DNA from: Ruminococcus albus 7 = DSM 20455
GTDB taxonomy: Bacteria > Bacillota > Clostridia > Oscillospirales > Ruminococcaceae
Direction of reading: 5' to 3'
Assembly: GCF_000179635.2 (NCBI RefSeq)
Contig: NC_014833.1
Location: 2,070,001-2,102,000 of the forward strand
DNA: 32,000 nt
The notes beneath the pieces were generated by a model. That model did no database searches, was not told the DNA's origin, and saw nothing but the letters and a program-made list of their open reading frames with translations. The number at the start of each line of letters is the position of its first letter. The first letter of the stretch is position 1. A program made the translations under genes and the position numbers. This document shows positions 1 through 8,891 of this stretch, one piece after another.

Positions 1-389
1 TGGCGGCTGAACAGAATTACGATGAATTCTATGCTGAGGAGATAGCATTGCGGCAGTCCCTTATCTATCCCCCTTGCTGTGATATCTGCGTTATAGGTTT
101 TTCGGCTGTTATGGAGAGCAGAGCTATAGCTGCATCTGATCACGTTACAGCGTTTATAGCTGAATATCTCAGAACAAACAAGGTGGATTTTCCATTAAGG
201 GCGATAGGTCCAGCACCGTGTACTCTTGAAGTTATAAACGGCAGGTACAGATACAGGCTTATACTTAAATCAAAGAATACCAGGTGTTTCAGGCAGATGA
301 TCAAGTCTGTGCTGAAAGACTTCAATGATAATAAGGACTTCAGAGAAGTCCGGATTTATGCTGATATCAACGGTGATATCGGTCTTTAG
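1..389 (+). CDS. priA: Primosomal protein N' (PriA helicase), C-terminal fragment; the 5' end lies upstream of the window
   Basis: Frame 3 is open from base 3 (AAEQNYDEFYAEEIALRQSLIYPPCCD...) to TAG at 387-389. The YPP motif and the tail ..GPAPCTLEVINGRYRYRLILKS.. resemble the PriA C-terminal domain. It sits directly upstream of def-fmt, as in Bacillus and Clostridia. Confidence 0.8.
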   Translation, partial: AAEQNYDEFYAEEIALRQSLIYPPCCDICVIGFSAVMESRAIAASDHVTAFIAEYLRTNKVDFPLRAIGPAPCTLEVINGRYRYRLILKSKNTRCFRQMIKSVLKDFNDNKDFREVRIYADINGDIGL

Positions 390-404
390 AAAGGAAAGTG
401 TGAA

Positions 405-872
405 ATGGCTGTCAGAAATATACTGAATAAAAGCGATGAAACTCTTCACAAGGTCTGCCGACCTGTAGAGAAATTTGATGAAAAGCTGTGGACATGGCTT
501 GACGATATGAAGGAGACTCTGGCACAGGCAAATGGTGTCGGTCTGGCCGCTCCGCAGGTCGCTATCCTCAGACGTTTCTGCATAATCGATGTCGGTGACG
601 GAAATGTTTATGAACTTATAAATCCTGAGATCACATGGAAGTCCGAGGAAACTCAGAGGGTTCTCGAGGGCTGTCTGTCCTGTCCGGGGCAGTGGGGATA
701 TGTTACAAGACCTATGAGCGTAAAGTTCAAGGCTCAGGACAGAAACGGTGAATGGTATGAGATGGAAGTCAGTGAGCTTTTTGCTCAGGCAGTATGCCAT
801 GAGACAGCTCATCTTGATGGACACCTGTTTACTGAAATAGTTGAAGAATTTGTTGAGGTAGATGAGAAATGA
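405..872 (+). CDS. def: Peptide deformylase
   Basis: All three deformylase motifs are present: GVGLAAPQ, EGCLS and HETAH (HExxH). AAAGGA lies upstream of ATG 405. The stop overlaps the fmt start (ATGA at 869-872). Confidence 0.95.
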   Translation: MAVRNILNKSDETLHKVCRPVEKFDEKLWTWLDDMKETLAQANGVGLAAPQVAILRRFCIIDVGDGNVYELINPEITWKSEETQRVLEGCLSCPGQWGYVTRPMSVKFKAQDRNGEWYEMEVSELFAQAVCHETAHLDGHLFTEIVEEFVEVDEK

Positions 873-1801
873 AAATAGTTTTCATGGGTACGCCTGATTT
901 TGCTGTACCTTCACTGAAAGCGTTGCTAGAGGCAGGTCATAAAATTCAGGCGGTGTTCTGCCAGCCAGATAAGCCGAAGGGCAGGGGTATGAAGCTTGTA
1001 GCTCCTCCTGTAAAGAATGTTGCATCAGAAAATAATATACCTGTGTATCAGCCTGTAAGCCTTAAAAACAGCGGAGATGAGTATATAAAGATCCTTGAAG
1101 AACTCGCTCCCGATTGCATAGTTGTGGCGGCATACGGTAAGATACTGCCTAAGTCGGTGCTTGATATACCAAAGTACGGCTGTGTGAACGTTCACGGTTC
1201 TCTTCTGCCGAAATACCGCGGTGCAGGTCCTATACAATGGGCGGTACTCAATGATGAAAAGACTACGGGCATAACAACGATGCTTATGGGCGAAGGTCTT
1301 GATACAGGCGATATGCTGCTCAAATGTGAGACTGAGATCGGTGAGAATGAAACTGCTGCTGAGTTGTTTGACAGGCTTGCAGTGATGGGTGCAGATCTGA
1401 TAGTTGAAACACTTGATAAACTTGAAAAGGGTGAAGTTATACCTGAACCGCAGAATGAGGAAGAGGCAACATATGCTCCCATGCTTACTAAGGAGCTTTC
1501 TTCGATAGATTTCAGTAAGTCAGCCAGAGAAGTACATAAGCAGATCTGCGGACTTTCGGATTGGCCTTGTGCTTCTACGCTAATTGGCGGAAAACGACTG
1601 AAAATCTATCATTCTGAGATCGTAGATGGAAATTCCGATAAACCTGCAGGTACTGTTGTCAATAATAAAGACTTGACAGTTGCTTGTGGAGAAGGTCTGG
1701 TAAGATTTACCGAGATACAGGCAGAAGGTTCTAAAAGAATGCCTACAGCTGATTATCTCAGAGGTAAACCGATAGCTGAAGGAACTGTGCTGGGAATATG
1801 A
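869..1801 (+). CDS. fmt: Methionyl-tRNA formyltransferase
   Basis: N-terminus MKIVFMGTPDFAVPSL and the formyltransferase core NVHGSLLPKYRGAGPIQWA are present. 310 aa, in the canonical position after def. Confidence 0.95.
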   Translation: MKIVFMGTPDFAVPSLKALLEAGHKIQAVFCQPDKPKGRGMKLVAPPVKNVASENNIPVYQPVSLKNSGDEYIKILEELAPDCIVVAAYGKILPKSVLDIPKYGCVNVHGSLLPKYRGAGPIQWAVLNDEKTTGITTMLMGEGLDTGDMLLKCETEIGENETAAELFDRLAVMGADLIVETLDKLEKGEVIPEPQNEEEATYAPMLTKELSSIDFSKSAREVHKQICGLSDWPCASTLIGGKRLKIYHSEIVDGNSDKPAGTVVNNKDLTVACGEGLVRFTEIQAEGSKRMPTADYLRGKPIAEGTVLGI

Positions 1802-1837
1802 CAAGTTGCATAGCTTGTCGCTTGGAGGAAATATAAT

Positions 1838-3133
1838 TTGGGAAGTGCCAGATGGTATACAGTCAGGCTGCTTACTAAGCTTGATGAAAATAATTCTTAT
1901 TCAAATATCCTGCTGGATGAATCCCTGAGCAGAAGTGATTTTGATAAGCGGGACAAAAAATTCATCGCTGCGTTGTTTTACGGAGTAATTGAAAGACGTC
2001 TGACCCTTGATGCTATAATCGTAGATCTTTCAAAAAATCCAAAGAGCAAGCTGAATTACACGCTCAGGAATATTCTGCGATGTGGATTGTATCAACTTAA
2101 ATACATGGATTCGGTACCTGATAACGCTGCAGTTGACGAATCAGTTGAATTGGCAAAAAAGTGCAGGAATCCTGCTGCTCCGGGATTTACAAATGGTTTG
2201 CTGAGAGAATTTATAAGACGCAGCAAAGAACTGCCAAAAACCAACAGCGAAACAGAACGGCTTGCACTTGAATACTCATGTCCGGAATGGCTTGTTAAGA
2301 AATGGTCATTTGAATATGGCAAGGATAGATGCTTGTCATTGTTGAAAACATCGTTAGGACAGGCACCTACTACTATCAAGGTGAATAACTTGTCAGGTGG
2401 TATTGAAGATACTCTTGATATGCTTATTGCTGACGGAGTTACTTTTGAACGTTCAAAAATTCTGGAATATGCTGTGAATGTGGCTAATGCCGGTGCGATC
2501 GAAAAGACTGAAGCATACAGGCAGGGAAAATTCCATGTGCAGGATATTGCCAGTCAGCTCTGCTGCAAAGCTCTTGATCCTCAGCCCGGAGATATTGTCC
2601 TTGATCTTTGCTCAGCACCGGGCGGAAAGACATTCACAATAGCCGAGATGATGAATAACGAAGGAAAAGTGCTTGCATTTGATCTTCATCCCAACAGGGT
2701 CAAACTCATACGTTCAGGCGCAGAACGACTTGGTCTTACTTGTGTTACTGCTGATGTCAACAATGCAAAGATCTTCAATTCTGATATCCCGGTCGCAGAT
2801 AAGGTACTTGTTGATGCTCCGTGTTCAGGACTTGGGGTAATCAGACGAAAGCCTGAGATAAAGTACAAAGATCCTTCCGAATTCGACAGACTGCCAGAGA
2901 TTCAAGGTGATATACTTGACACGGCATCTAAATATGTAAAAGCCAACGGAACTCTGGTCTATTCAACCTGTACTGTATCTAAGGCTGAAAACGATGATGT
3001 AATAAGAAAATTCCTTGGATCGCATAAAGATTTTGTTCCTGCTGAGGATGAAGAAACTTTTATGCAGACCATTACCCCCGATATGTATGGTTCTGATGGA
3101 TTTTTTATTGCTAAACTAAAACGTCTGGGGTGA
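1838..3133 (+). CDS. rsmB: 16S rRNA (cytosine967-C5)-methyltransferase RsmB/Sun
   Basis: NusB-like N-terminus, SAM-binding motif DLCSAPGGKT, and catalytic PC (DAPCSGLG) and TC (YSTCT) motifs. TTG start at 1838 lies 9 nt after GGAGG. No nearby in-frame ATG. Confidence 0.9.
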   Translation: MGSARWYTVRLLTKLDENNSYSNILLDESLSRSDFDKRDKKFIAALFYGVIERRLTLDAIIVDLSKNPKSKLNYTLRNILRCGLYQLKYMDSVPDNAAVDESVELAKKCRNPAAPGFTNGLLREFIRRSKELPKTNSETERLALEYSCPEWLVKKWSFEYGKDRCLSLLKTSLGQAPTTIKVNNLSGGIEDTLDMLIADGVTFERSKILEYAVNVANAGAIEKTEAYRQGKFHVQDIASQLCCKALDPQPGDIVLDLCSAPGGKTFTIAEMMNNEGKVLAFDLHPNRVKLIRSGAERLGLTCVTADVNNAKIFNSDIPVADKVLVDAPCSGLGVIRRKPEIKYKDPSEFDRLPEIQGDILDTASKYVKANGTLVYSTCTVSKAENDDVIRKFLGSHKDFVPAEDEETFMQTITPDMYGSDGFFIAKLKRLG

Positions 3134-3137
3134 GTTG

Positions 3138-4184
3138 ATGGTCTCTTATGACGAAGATGGCAAGATAGATATACTTGGACTTCTTCCCGAAGAACTTGAA
3201 GAGCAGATATTGCTTTGCGGTGAGAAGAAATTCAGAGCGAAACAGATTTTTGAGTGGCTTCATGTTAAACGTGTTGATAGTTTTGATAAAATGACTAATC
3301 TATCTGTACAATTGAGGGAAAAGCTAAAAAAAATATTTTGTCTAAAATCACTATTTATCGTAAAAAGACTTGAAAGTAATACCGATAATACTGTAAAATA
3401 TCTATATAGGCTTCCTGACGGCAATCATGTTGAGACTGTTATCATGGAATATAACTACGGTAATACTGTATGCGTTTCTACTCAGGTAGGATGTAAAATG
3501 GGCTGCCGATTCTGTGCTTCGACTATTGCTGGGTATAAAAGAGATCTTGCGTCCAGCGAGATACTTCTTCAGATATACGAGGCTGCTCGTGACAGCGGAA
3601 GAAAGATAACCGGTGCTGTTCTTATGGGTATCGGTGAGCCTATGGATAATTTCGATAATGTTGTCAATTTCCTTAAAGTTCTTTCCTGCGAACAGGGAAC
3701 GAATATGTCGCTAAGACACGTTTCAGTATCTACTTGTGGCATCGTTCCTAGGATCTATGAACTTGCCGAGATGAAACTCGGTATAACATTGTCGGTTTCA
3801 CTTCACGCATCCAATAATAAAGCTCGAAGTGAAATAATGCCTGTCAATAATAGGTACGATATCGGTGAACTTATGACAGCCTGTCGTTATTATTTTAAAG
3901 TGACCGGCAGAAGGATATCTTTTGAATATGCACTTATAGATGGTCATAATGATAAGCAGTCCGATGCTGAAGAACTTGCAGCTCTCTTGAAAAATTTTGT
4001 TTGCCATGTAAATATAATTCCTGTCAACAAGATCAAGGAACGTAATTACAGGTCTGACAGAAAGGCTGCTGATCGGTTCAGACAGCGACTTGAAAAGCTT
4101 GGTCTAAATGCTACTGTGCGCAGAACGCTCGGTTCGGATATCGATGCCGCCTGTGGCCAGCTGAGGCGTGAATATGAAATATAA
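3138..4184 (+). CDS. rlmN: 23S rRNA/tRNA adenine-C2 methyltransferase RlmN (radical SAM)
   Basis: Radical-SAM cluster motif CKMGCRFC and a C-terminal GSDIDAACGQL motif. ATG 3138 is preferred over TTG 3135 (ORF track) because GGGG sits 7 nt upstream. The start is ambiguous by one codon. Confidence 0.92.
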   Translation: MVSYDEDGKIDILGLLPEELEEQILLCGEKKFRAKQIFEWLHVKRVDSFDKMTNLSVQLREKLKKIFCLKSLFIVKRLESNTDNTVKYLYRLPDGNHVETVIMEYNYGNTVCVSTQVGCKMGCRFCASTIAGYKRDLASSEILLQIYEAARDSGRKITGAVLMGIGEPMDNFDNVVNFLKVLSCEQGTNMSLRHVSVSTCGIVPRIYELAEMKLGITLSVSLHASNNKARSEIMPVNNRYDIGELMTACRYYFKVTGRRISFEYALIDGHNDKQSDAEELAALLKNFVCHVNIIPVNKIKERNYRSDRKAADRFRQRLEKLGLNATVRRTLGSDIDAACGQLRREYEI

Positions 4185-4201
4185 TACTATGGAGAAAGGC
4201 G

Positions 4202-4939
4202 GTGAGCTGTATGTTTCTTGCATTTGGTACGGATATCGGGCAAAAGAGAGAAGAAAATCAGGATAGAGTAAGAGTCGAGGTCCTTGGTGATAATATCTGC
4301 ATCGCTGCTGTTTGTGACGGTATGGGCGGTGCGGCTTCGGGTGCAGTAGCAAGTCAGCTTGCTGTTGACAGCTTTATCGAAAGGGTCAAGGAGAATTTCC
4401 GACCTGATATGAACAGTAATTCTATAAGAAATCTTTTACTTAATGCCGTTCATTATGCTAATACATGCGTATATGAAAAAAGCATTGAGGATATAGATAA
4501 AAACGGGATGGGTACTACCTGCGTTGCAGCTTTGATCATTGAAAAGAATATCTACGTTGTCAATGTGGGCGACAGCCGCGGTTATCTGCTGACAAAGGAC
4601 GGCATAGATCAGATCACAACAGATCACACCTATGTTGAAGTCCTCAGACGCAGCGGTCAGATTACCGATGAAGAAGCAAAGACTCACCCCATGAGAAATG
4701 TTATAACTAAGGCAGTGGGTGTTGAACCTGATGTCGAGGTCGATTATTTTGAACACTATGAAGCGGGTAATTTCGCCGTAATGCTTTGTTCTGACGGCCT
4801 GTCGGGATATTGCAGCGATGAGTTTATATACTGTACTGTATTCGGGAACAATCTGGATGAGGCAGTAAAAAAGCTGATCGAACATTCAAATGAATGCGGA
4901 GGCAAAGATAATATAACCGCTGCTGTGATCGCAAATTAA
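4202..4939 (+). CDS. prpC: PP2C-family Ser/Thr protein phosphatase (Stp/PrpC)
   Basis: PP2C motifs ED(R), VCDGMGG, GTTC, NVGDSR, CSDGL and DNIT are present. GTG 4202 lies 7 nt after GGAG (4191-4194). Alternative ATG at 4211. It lies immediately upstream of the PASTA kinase. Confidence 0.9.
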   Translation: MSCMFLAFGTDIGQKREENQDRVRVEVLGDNICIAAVCDGMGGAASGAVASQLAVDSFIERVKENFRPDMNSNSIRNLLLNAVHYANTCVYEKSIEDIDKNGMGTTCVAALIIEKNIYVVNVGDSRGYLLTKDGIDQITTDHTYVEVLRRSGQITDEEAKTHPMRNVITKAVGVEPDVEVDYFEHYEAGNFAVMLCSDGLSGYCSDEFIYCTVFGNNLDEAVKKLIEHSNECGGKDNITAAVIAN

Positions 4940-4974
4940 TGAGACAATAAAATATAGTTTAGGAGTTGAATATA

Positions 4975-7185
4975 ATGGATTCTAATATCGGTAAGAAGCT
5001 GGATGGCAGATATGAAATTACCGAGCTTATAGGTGTAGGCGGAATGGCTGATGTCTATAAGGCACAGGATATTATGGAAGATCGTCCTGTAGCAGTTAAG
5101 ATCCTTAAACCCGAATTTTCGGGCGATGAGGAATTTCTAAGAAGATTCAGGAATGAGAGTAAGGCTATTGCAGTGTTATCTCACCCGAATATCGTTAAGA
5201 TCTATGATGTGGGATTTACTGATGAGATACAGTTCATCGTAATGGAATACATTGACGGTATCACCCTGAAGGAGTTTATCGAACAGCAGGGCGTGCTGAA
5301 ATGGAAGGATGCACTGCATTTTATTACACAGATACTTCGTGCGTTGCAGCACGCTCATGACAAGGGCATCGTTCACAGGGATATCAAACCGCAGAATATC
5401 ATGCTGTTTACAGACGGCACAATAAAAGTCATGGATTTTGGTATCGCAAGATTCTCCAGGATCGATGGTAAGACACTTTCGGATAAGGCGATCGGTTCTG
5501 TACACTATATCTCTCCTGAGCAGGCTCAGGGTGAAATGACCGATGAAAGGTCGGATATCTACTCAGTAGGCGTTATGCTTTATGAGATGCTAACAGGCAG
5601 AAAGCCTTTTGATGGTGATACTGCTGTGAATGTTGCTCTTAAACATATGCAGGAGGTTGCAGTACCCCCGAGGGAGATAATGCCCTCCATACCTGAAGCT
5701 CTTGAAGAAATAGTTTATCACGCTATGGAAAAGCAGCCGGCACAGCGTTATCAGTCAGCTGCTGAGATGATAAGGGATATAGATACCTTCAAACTCAATC
5801 AGTCAGTAGTTTTCGGCTATAAAGATGGTTCTGCTCCTGTTGTAGATAATGTTGGTTTTTATCCCGTTAATAACAATCAGTCAAGAAAGCCGGTCATCAA
5901 CGATGATTATGACGATTACGATGATGATTATGAAGATGATTACGATGATGACGATTATGATGACGACGACGACGATGATGAAAGCGGTAAGAAGAGGTCC
6001 TATGTAGTTCCTATCCTTCTTGCTGTAACAGTTGCTGTTGTTATCGTTGCAGCTTTCATAATCGGCTGGACTGTTATCAAAGCCTTCTCACCAAAGGACG
6101 GTTCAGGTTTTGGCATTCATACAAGTACTATCACTGTGCCTAATTTGGTTGGTGAAAACATTATTAAGGTGGAAGGCGATTTTAAGGATAAACTTAAGAT
6201 CGAAACAATTGAAGAATACAACTTTGAGTACGAAAAAGATACCATTTTCTGGCAGAGTATTTCACCTCAGAAGTCAGTTAAGGAAGGTACTACTATTACT
6301 CTGAAGGTAAGTAAGGGTAAACAGATGATAGTCATTCCTGATGTTTCCGGTTCTGAAACTGAAATTGCTGAAAGTGAGTTGAGGGCTGCAGGATTTACAG
6401 TAGTTCTCAGAAGTAAGTATGATGACAAGGTCCCTGACGGCATAGCGATCGGTACTGAGCCTGTTGCAGGTACTGAATTTGCGAGCGACGGCGCTGTAAC
6501 ACTTTATGTCAGCAAGGGTCCTCTGGATACTCAGGTAAAGGTACCTAATGTTGTTGGTCTTACTAAGGAAAAAGCAATCGCTATACTGAAGGATAGCAAA
6601 CTTAAGGCAAACGTTCAGGATATGCCTCATGATGGTGATAAGGGCAAGGTAATCGATCAGTCTATTGAAGCTGACAGAAGAGTTGAGAGAGATTCTGAGA
6701 TCACGATCTACGTTTCTACCGGTGAGACCGATCCTGTTGACCTGACTATCAGTCTGCCAATGCCTGAAGGTATGCATGGTTCCTACTCCATCGAGGTATT
6801 TGTAAACGGTAATGTACGCTATAATCAGAAAATCAACAATGGTGAATCTGTTGCAGGTGGTAATGTTACTATTGATATCTCGGGTAAAAAGACTGAGACA
6901 CTTACAGTATCTATCAGAAACGATGAAACAGGCAAATCAGTTAATTATGCAGTATTCAACGTAAACTATGATAAGAAGACTGCTGAACTGAATGGTTCAC
7001 TGAATAAGGATGGTCTTATCGCTATCACACCAAGTGTTAAGGAAGAGCCATCCAAGCCGGATGAGAGTTCATCTCAGGCAGATCCTGTGCCTCCTCAGCC
7101 AGTTGATCCTGAACCTCCTGTTTCTGACGACAGCTCACAGGCTGATGTACCCCCCGTTGATAACGGAGGCGAGAATATATTCTAA
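4975..7185 (+). CDS. prkC: Hanks-type Ser/Thr protein kinase with three PASTA repeats (PrkC/PknB-like)
   Basis: Kinase motifs GVGGMADV, VAVK, HRDIKPQN, DFG and SPEQ. One TM helix (VVPILLAVTVAVVIVAAFIIGW). Three PASTA-like repeats (..VPNLVGE.., ..IPDVSGS.., ..VPNVVGL..). ATG 4975 lies 9 nt after AGGAG (4961-4965), so the track's TTG 4966 has no spacer. Confidence 0.95.
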   Translation: MDSNIGKKLDGRYEITELIGVGGMADVYKAQDIMEDRPVAVKILKPEFSGDEEFLRRFRNESKAIAVLSHPNIVKIYDVGFTDEIQFIVMEYIDGITLKEFIEQQGVLKWKDALHFITQILRALQHAHDKGIVHRDIKPQNIMLFTDGTIKVMDFGIARFSRIDGKTLSDKAIGSVHYISPEQAQGEMTDERSDIYSVGVMLYEMLTGRKPFDGDTAVNVALKHMQEVAVPPREIMPSIPEALEEIVYHAMEKQPAQRYQSAAEMIRDIDTFKLNQSVVFGYKDGSAPVVDNVGFYPVNNNQSRKPVINDDYDDYDDDYEDDYDDDDYDDDDDDDESGKKRSYVVPILLAVTVAVVIVAAFIIGWTVIKAFSPKDGSGFGIHTSTITVPNLVGENIIKVEGDFKDKLKIETIEEYNFEYEKDTIFWQSISPQKSVKEGTTITLKVSKGKQMIVIPDVSGSETEIAESELRAAGFTVVLRSKYDDKVPDGIAIGTEPVAGTEFASDGAVTLYVSKGPLDTQVKVPNVVGLTKEKAIAILKDSKLKANVQDMPHDGDKGKVIDQSIEADRRVERDSEITIYVSTGETDPVDLTISLPMPEGMHGSYSIEVFVNGNVRYNQKINNGESVAGGNVTIDISGKKTETLTVSIRNDETGKSVNYAVFNVNYDKKTAELNGSLNKDGLIAITPSVKEEPSKPDESSSQADPVPPQPVDPEPPVSDDSSQADVPPVDNGGENIF

Positions 7186-7191
7186 GTTGAT

Positions 7192-8073
7192 ATGACAGGA
7201 ATTATAACGAAAGCTATCGGAGGTCTCTACACTGTAGATGCCTCCGAAGGCATATTTGAATGTAAAGCACGAGGTATTTTCAGGAAGAAGAAAATATCCC
7301 CTATGTGCGGTGATAATGTTGTTATTACTGAAGATAAGGACGGTTGTGTTATCGAGGAGATATTGCCAAGACGTTCTGAATTGATAAGACCTCCGTTAGC
7401 TAATCTCGATCTGCTGGTGTTTGTATCATCAACTATCGAGCCAAGACCCAATACATTACTGCTGGATAAATTTATAGCTATTGCAGAATTCAAGAAGATC
7501 AAGCCGGTGGTTGTATTTACCAAGGTGGATAAACGTTCCGGTGATGAGCTTGCGGCTGTATACCGAAGTGTTGGGATAGATGTATTTGAATGCGATAACG
7601 TTACGGGTGAGGGTTCTGCTGAAGTTAGAGCCGCGCTGCAAGGAAAGCTTTCAGCCTTTACAGGTAATACGGGAGTAGGGAAGTCCTCTCTGCTGAATAA
7701 TATGTATCCCGAACTTGGTCTTGCAACAGGCGAGATAAGCAAAAAGCTTGGCAGAGGCAGGCATACAACTCGTCATGTTCAGCTTTATAAGCTTGAAGGC
7801 GGCGGATATATCGCGGATACTCCCGGATTTTCTTCCTTTGATACTAACAGGTATGATATCATATTTAAGGATAAGCTTGCGGATTGCTTTATCGAGTTTT
7901 CTGAATATACAGACAAATGCCGTTTCCCTGATTGCAGCCATACTAAGGAAAAAGGCTGTGCTGTTATCGAAGCTGTTGAAGCAGGAAAGATACCTCGTTC
8001 GCGTTTTGAAAGCTATGTGCAAATGTATGAGGATGCAAAACAGCTGAAGGAATGGGAGTATAAGAATGACTGA
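7192..8073 (+). CDS. rsgA: Ribosome small-subunit-dependent GTPase A (RsgA/CpgA)
   Basis: Circularly permuted GTPase order: TKVD (G4) precedes GNTGVGKSSL (G1) and DTPGF (G3). C-terminal zinc motif C-x2-C..C.H (CRFPDCSHTKEKGC). Confidence 0.9.
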   Translation: MTGIITKAIGGLYTVDASEGIFECKARGIFRKKKISPMCGDNVVITEDKDGCVIEEILPRRSELIRPPLANLDLLVFVSSTIEPRPNTLLLDKFIAIAEFKKIKPVVVFTKVDKRSGDELAAVYRSVGIDVFECDNVTGEGSAEVRAALQGKLSAFTGNTGVGKSSLLNNMYPELGLATGEISKKLGRGRHTTRHVQLYKLEGGGYIADTPGFSSFDTNRYDIIFKDKLADCFIEFSEYTDKCRFPDCSHTKEKGCAVIEAVEAGKIPRSRFESYVQMYEDAKQLKEWEYKND

Positions 8074-8692
8074 TACTTGTGTTATTTTTGCGGGCGGTGA
8101 CCCTATAAGACCTGAAACTGCCGATAGCCAACTGATAGAAAACTCATTTGTTATCTGTGCTGACAAGGGATTTTCCTTGGCACAAGATCTTGGCATAGAA
8201 CCTGATATCATACTGGGTGATTTTGATTCACTTAAATATACACCTGATAGTGACAAGATGATAAGCTTTCCTCCTGAAAAGGATGATACAGATCTTATGC
8301 TGGCAGTCGGCAAGGCTATTGAGATCGGGGCAAAGAAAATTGTGATATATGGTGCCTGCGGCGGCAGGATAGATCATATGATCGGGAATATAGCCTGCCT
8401 TGCTATGATAGCTGAAAGCGGTGGAAGCGGAATTATCGTAGGCGATGATGATATTCTGTCTTTTTATATGCCCGGTGAATATACTATCCCATACAAAGAG
8501 GGATTCTCTCTTTCACTGTTTGCTTATTCTCAGAAAGTTGAGGGGCTTAAAATCAGTGGGGCTAAATATATTGTAGATAACTGCACTCTCAGAGATTCTG
8601 TTACTCTTGGTGTTTCCAATGAGATAATTCCGCCTGAAGCAAAAATCAGCTTTACTGATGGAAGACTATTGGTTATACAATCCAGATTGTAA
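8066..8692 (+). CDS. thiN: Thiamine pyrophosphokinase
   Basis: 208 aa with GDFDS, KDDTD and GGRIDH motifs typical of TPK. It overlaps the rsgA end by 8 nt. Same position as B. subtilis thiN (yloS). Confidence 0.85.
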   Translation: MTDTCVIFAGGDPIRPETADSQLIENSFVICADKGFSLAQDLGIEPDIILGDFDSLKYTPDSDKMISFPPEKDDTDLMLAVGKAIEIGAKKIVIYGACGGRIDHMIGNIACLAMIAESGGSGIIVGDDDILSFYMPGEYTIPYKEGFSLSLFAYSQKVEGLKISGAKYIVDNCTLRDSVTLGVSNEIIPPEAKISFTDGRLLVIQSRL

Positions 8693-8748
8693 CACAAATT
8701 ATGTTCACTGAATAGTATGTATTACCAAACGAAATGGAGGTAATACTT

Positions 8749-8832
8749 ATGAAGGTTGTAGTTGTGAAAAGTCCGCGTTTTATCTCAGGCGTGCTCAAGA
8801 TCATATTCGGTATTGGCAACGAGGAAAGATAG
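8749..8832 (+). CDS. spoVM: Stage V sporulation protein M-like 27-aa peptide (not in the ORF track)
   Basis: GGAGG (8736-8740), an 8-nt spacer, then ATG. The product is MKVVVVKSPRFISGVLKIIFGIGNEER. Compared with B. subtilis SpoVM MKFYTIKLPKFLGGIVRAMLGSFRKD (from memory), M1, K2, K7, P9, F11, G14 and G21 are shared. Syntenic position after thiN, followed by a strong terminator. Confidence 0.7.
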   Translation: MKVVVVKSPRFISGVLKIIFGIGNEER

Positions 8833-8855
8833 GAATAATTTACTTTTAAAACAGC

Positions 8856-8891
8856 AAAAAGCCATCCGTGGGTGTCAACGGATGGCTTTTT
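8856..8891. terminator. Bidirectional rho-independent terminator between spoVM (+) and the ABC operon (-)
   Basis: A 9-10 bp GC-rich stem (GCCATCCGT 8861-8869 / ACGGATGGC 8878-8886) with an 8-nt loop. It is flanked by A5 upstream and T5 downstream, so it reads as hairpin plus U-tract on both strands. Confidence 0.8.

Noticed and set aside
270-824. 184-aa ORF antisense to priA and def
   Set aside because: It lies entirely inside well-supported genes on the other strand. It has no RBS and no recognisable motifs. The composition (Leu/Ser/Ile-rich) is typical of antisense frames in AT-rich coding DNA.
5902-5982. Triplet-repeat region considered as a non-coding microsatellite or array
   Set aside because: It is in frame within prkC and is flanked by a continuous ORF. 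The repeat is imperfect at the DNA level, so it is a coding low-complexity tract (reported as a finding) and not a repeat element.
4436-6777. Antisense ORFs within prpC and prkC (4436-4885, 5176-5505, 6274-6777)
   Set aside because: Same reasoning: they are embedded in strongly supported sense genes, with no start context or family features.
7227-8313. Two long minus-strand ORFs (7227-7742, 171 aa; 7651-8313, 220 aa) antisense to rsgA and thiN
   Set aside because: Both are Ser-rich and low-complexity with no motifs. They overlap genes that have clear catalytic signatures. Open antisense frames of this kind arise by chance from codon bias.
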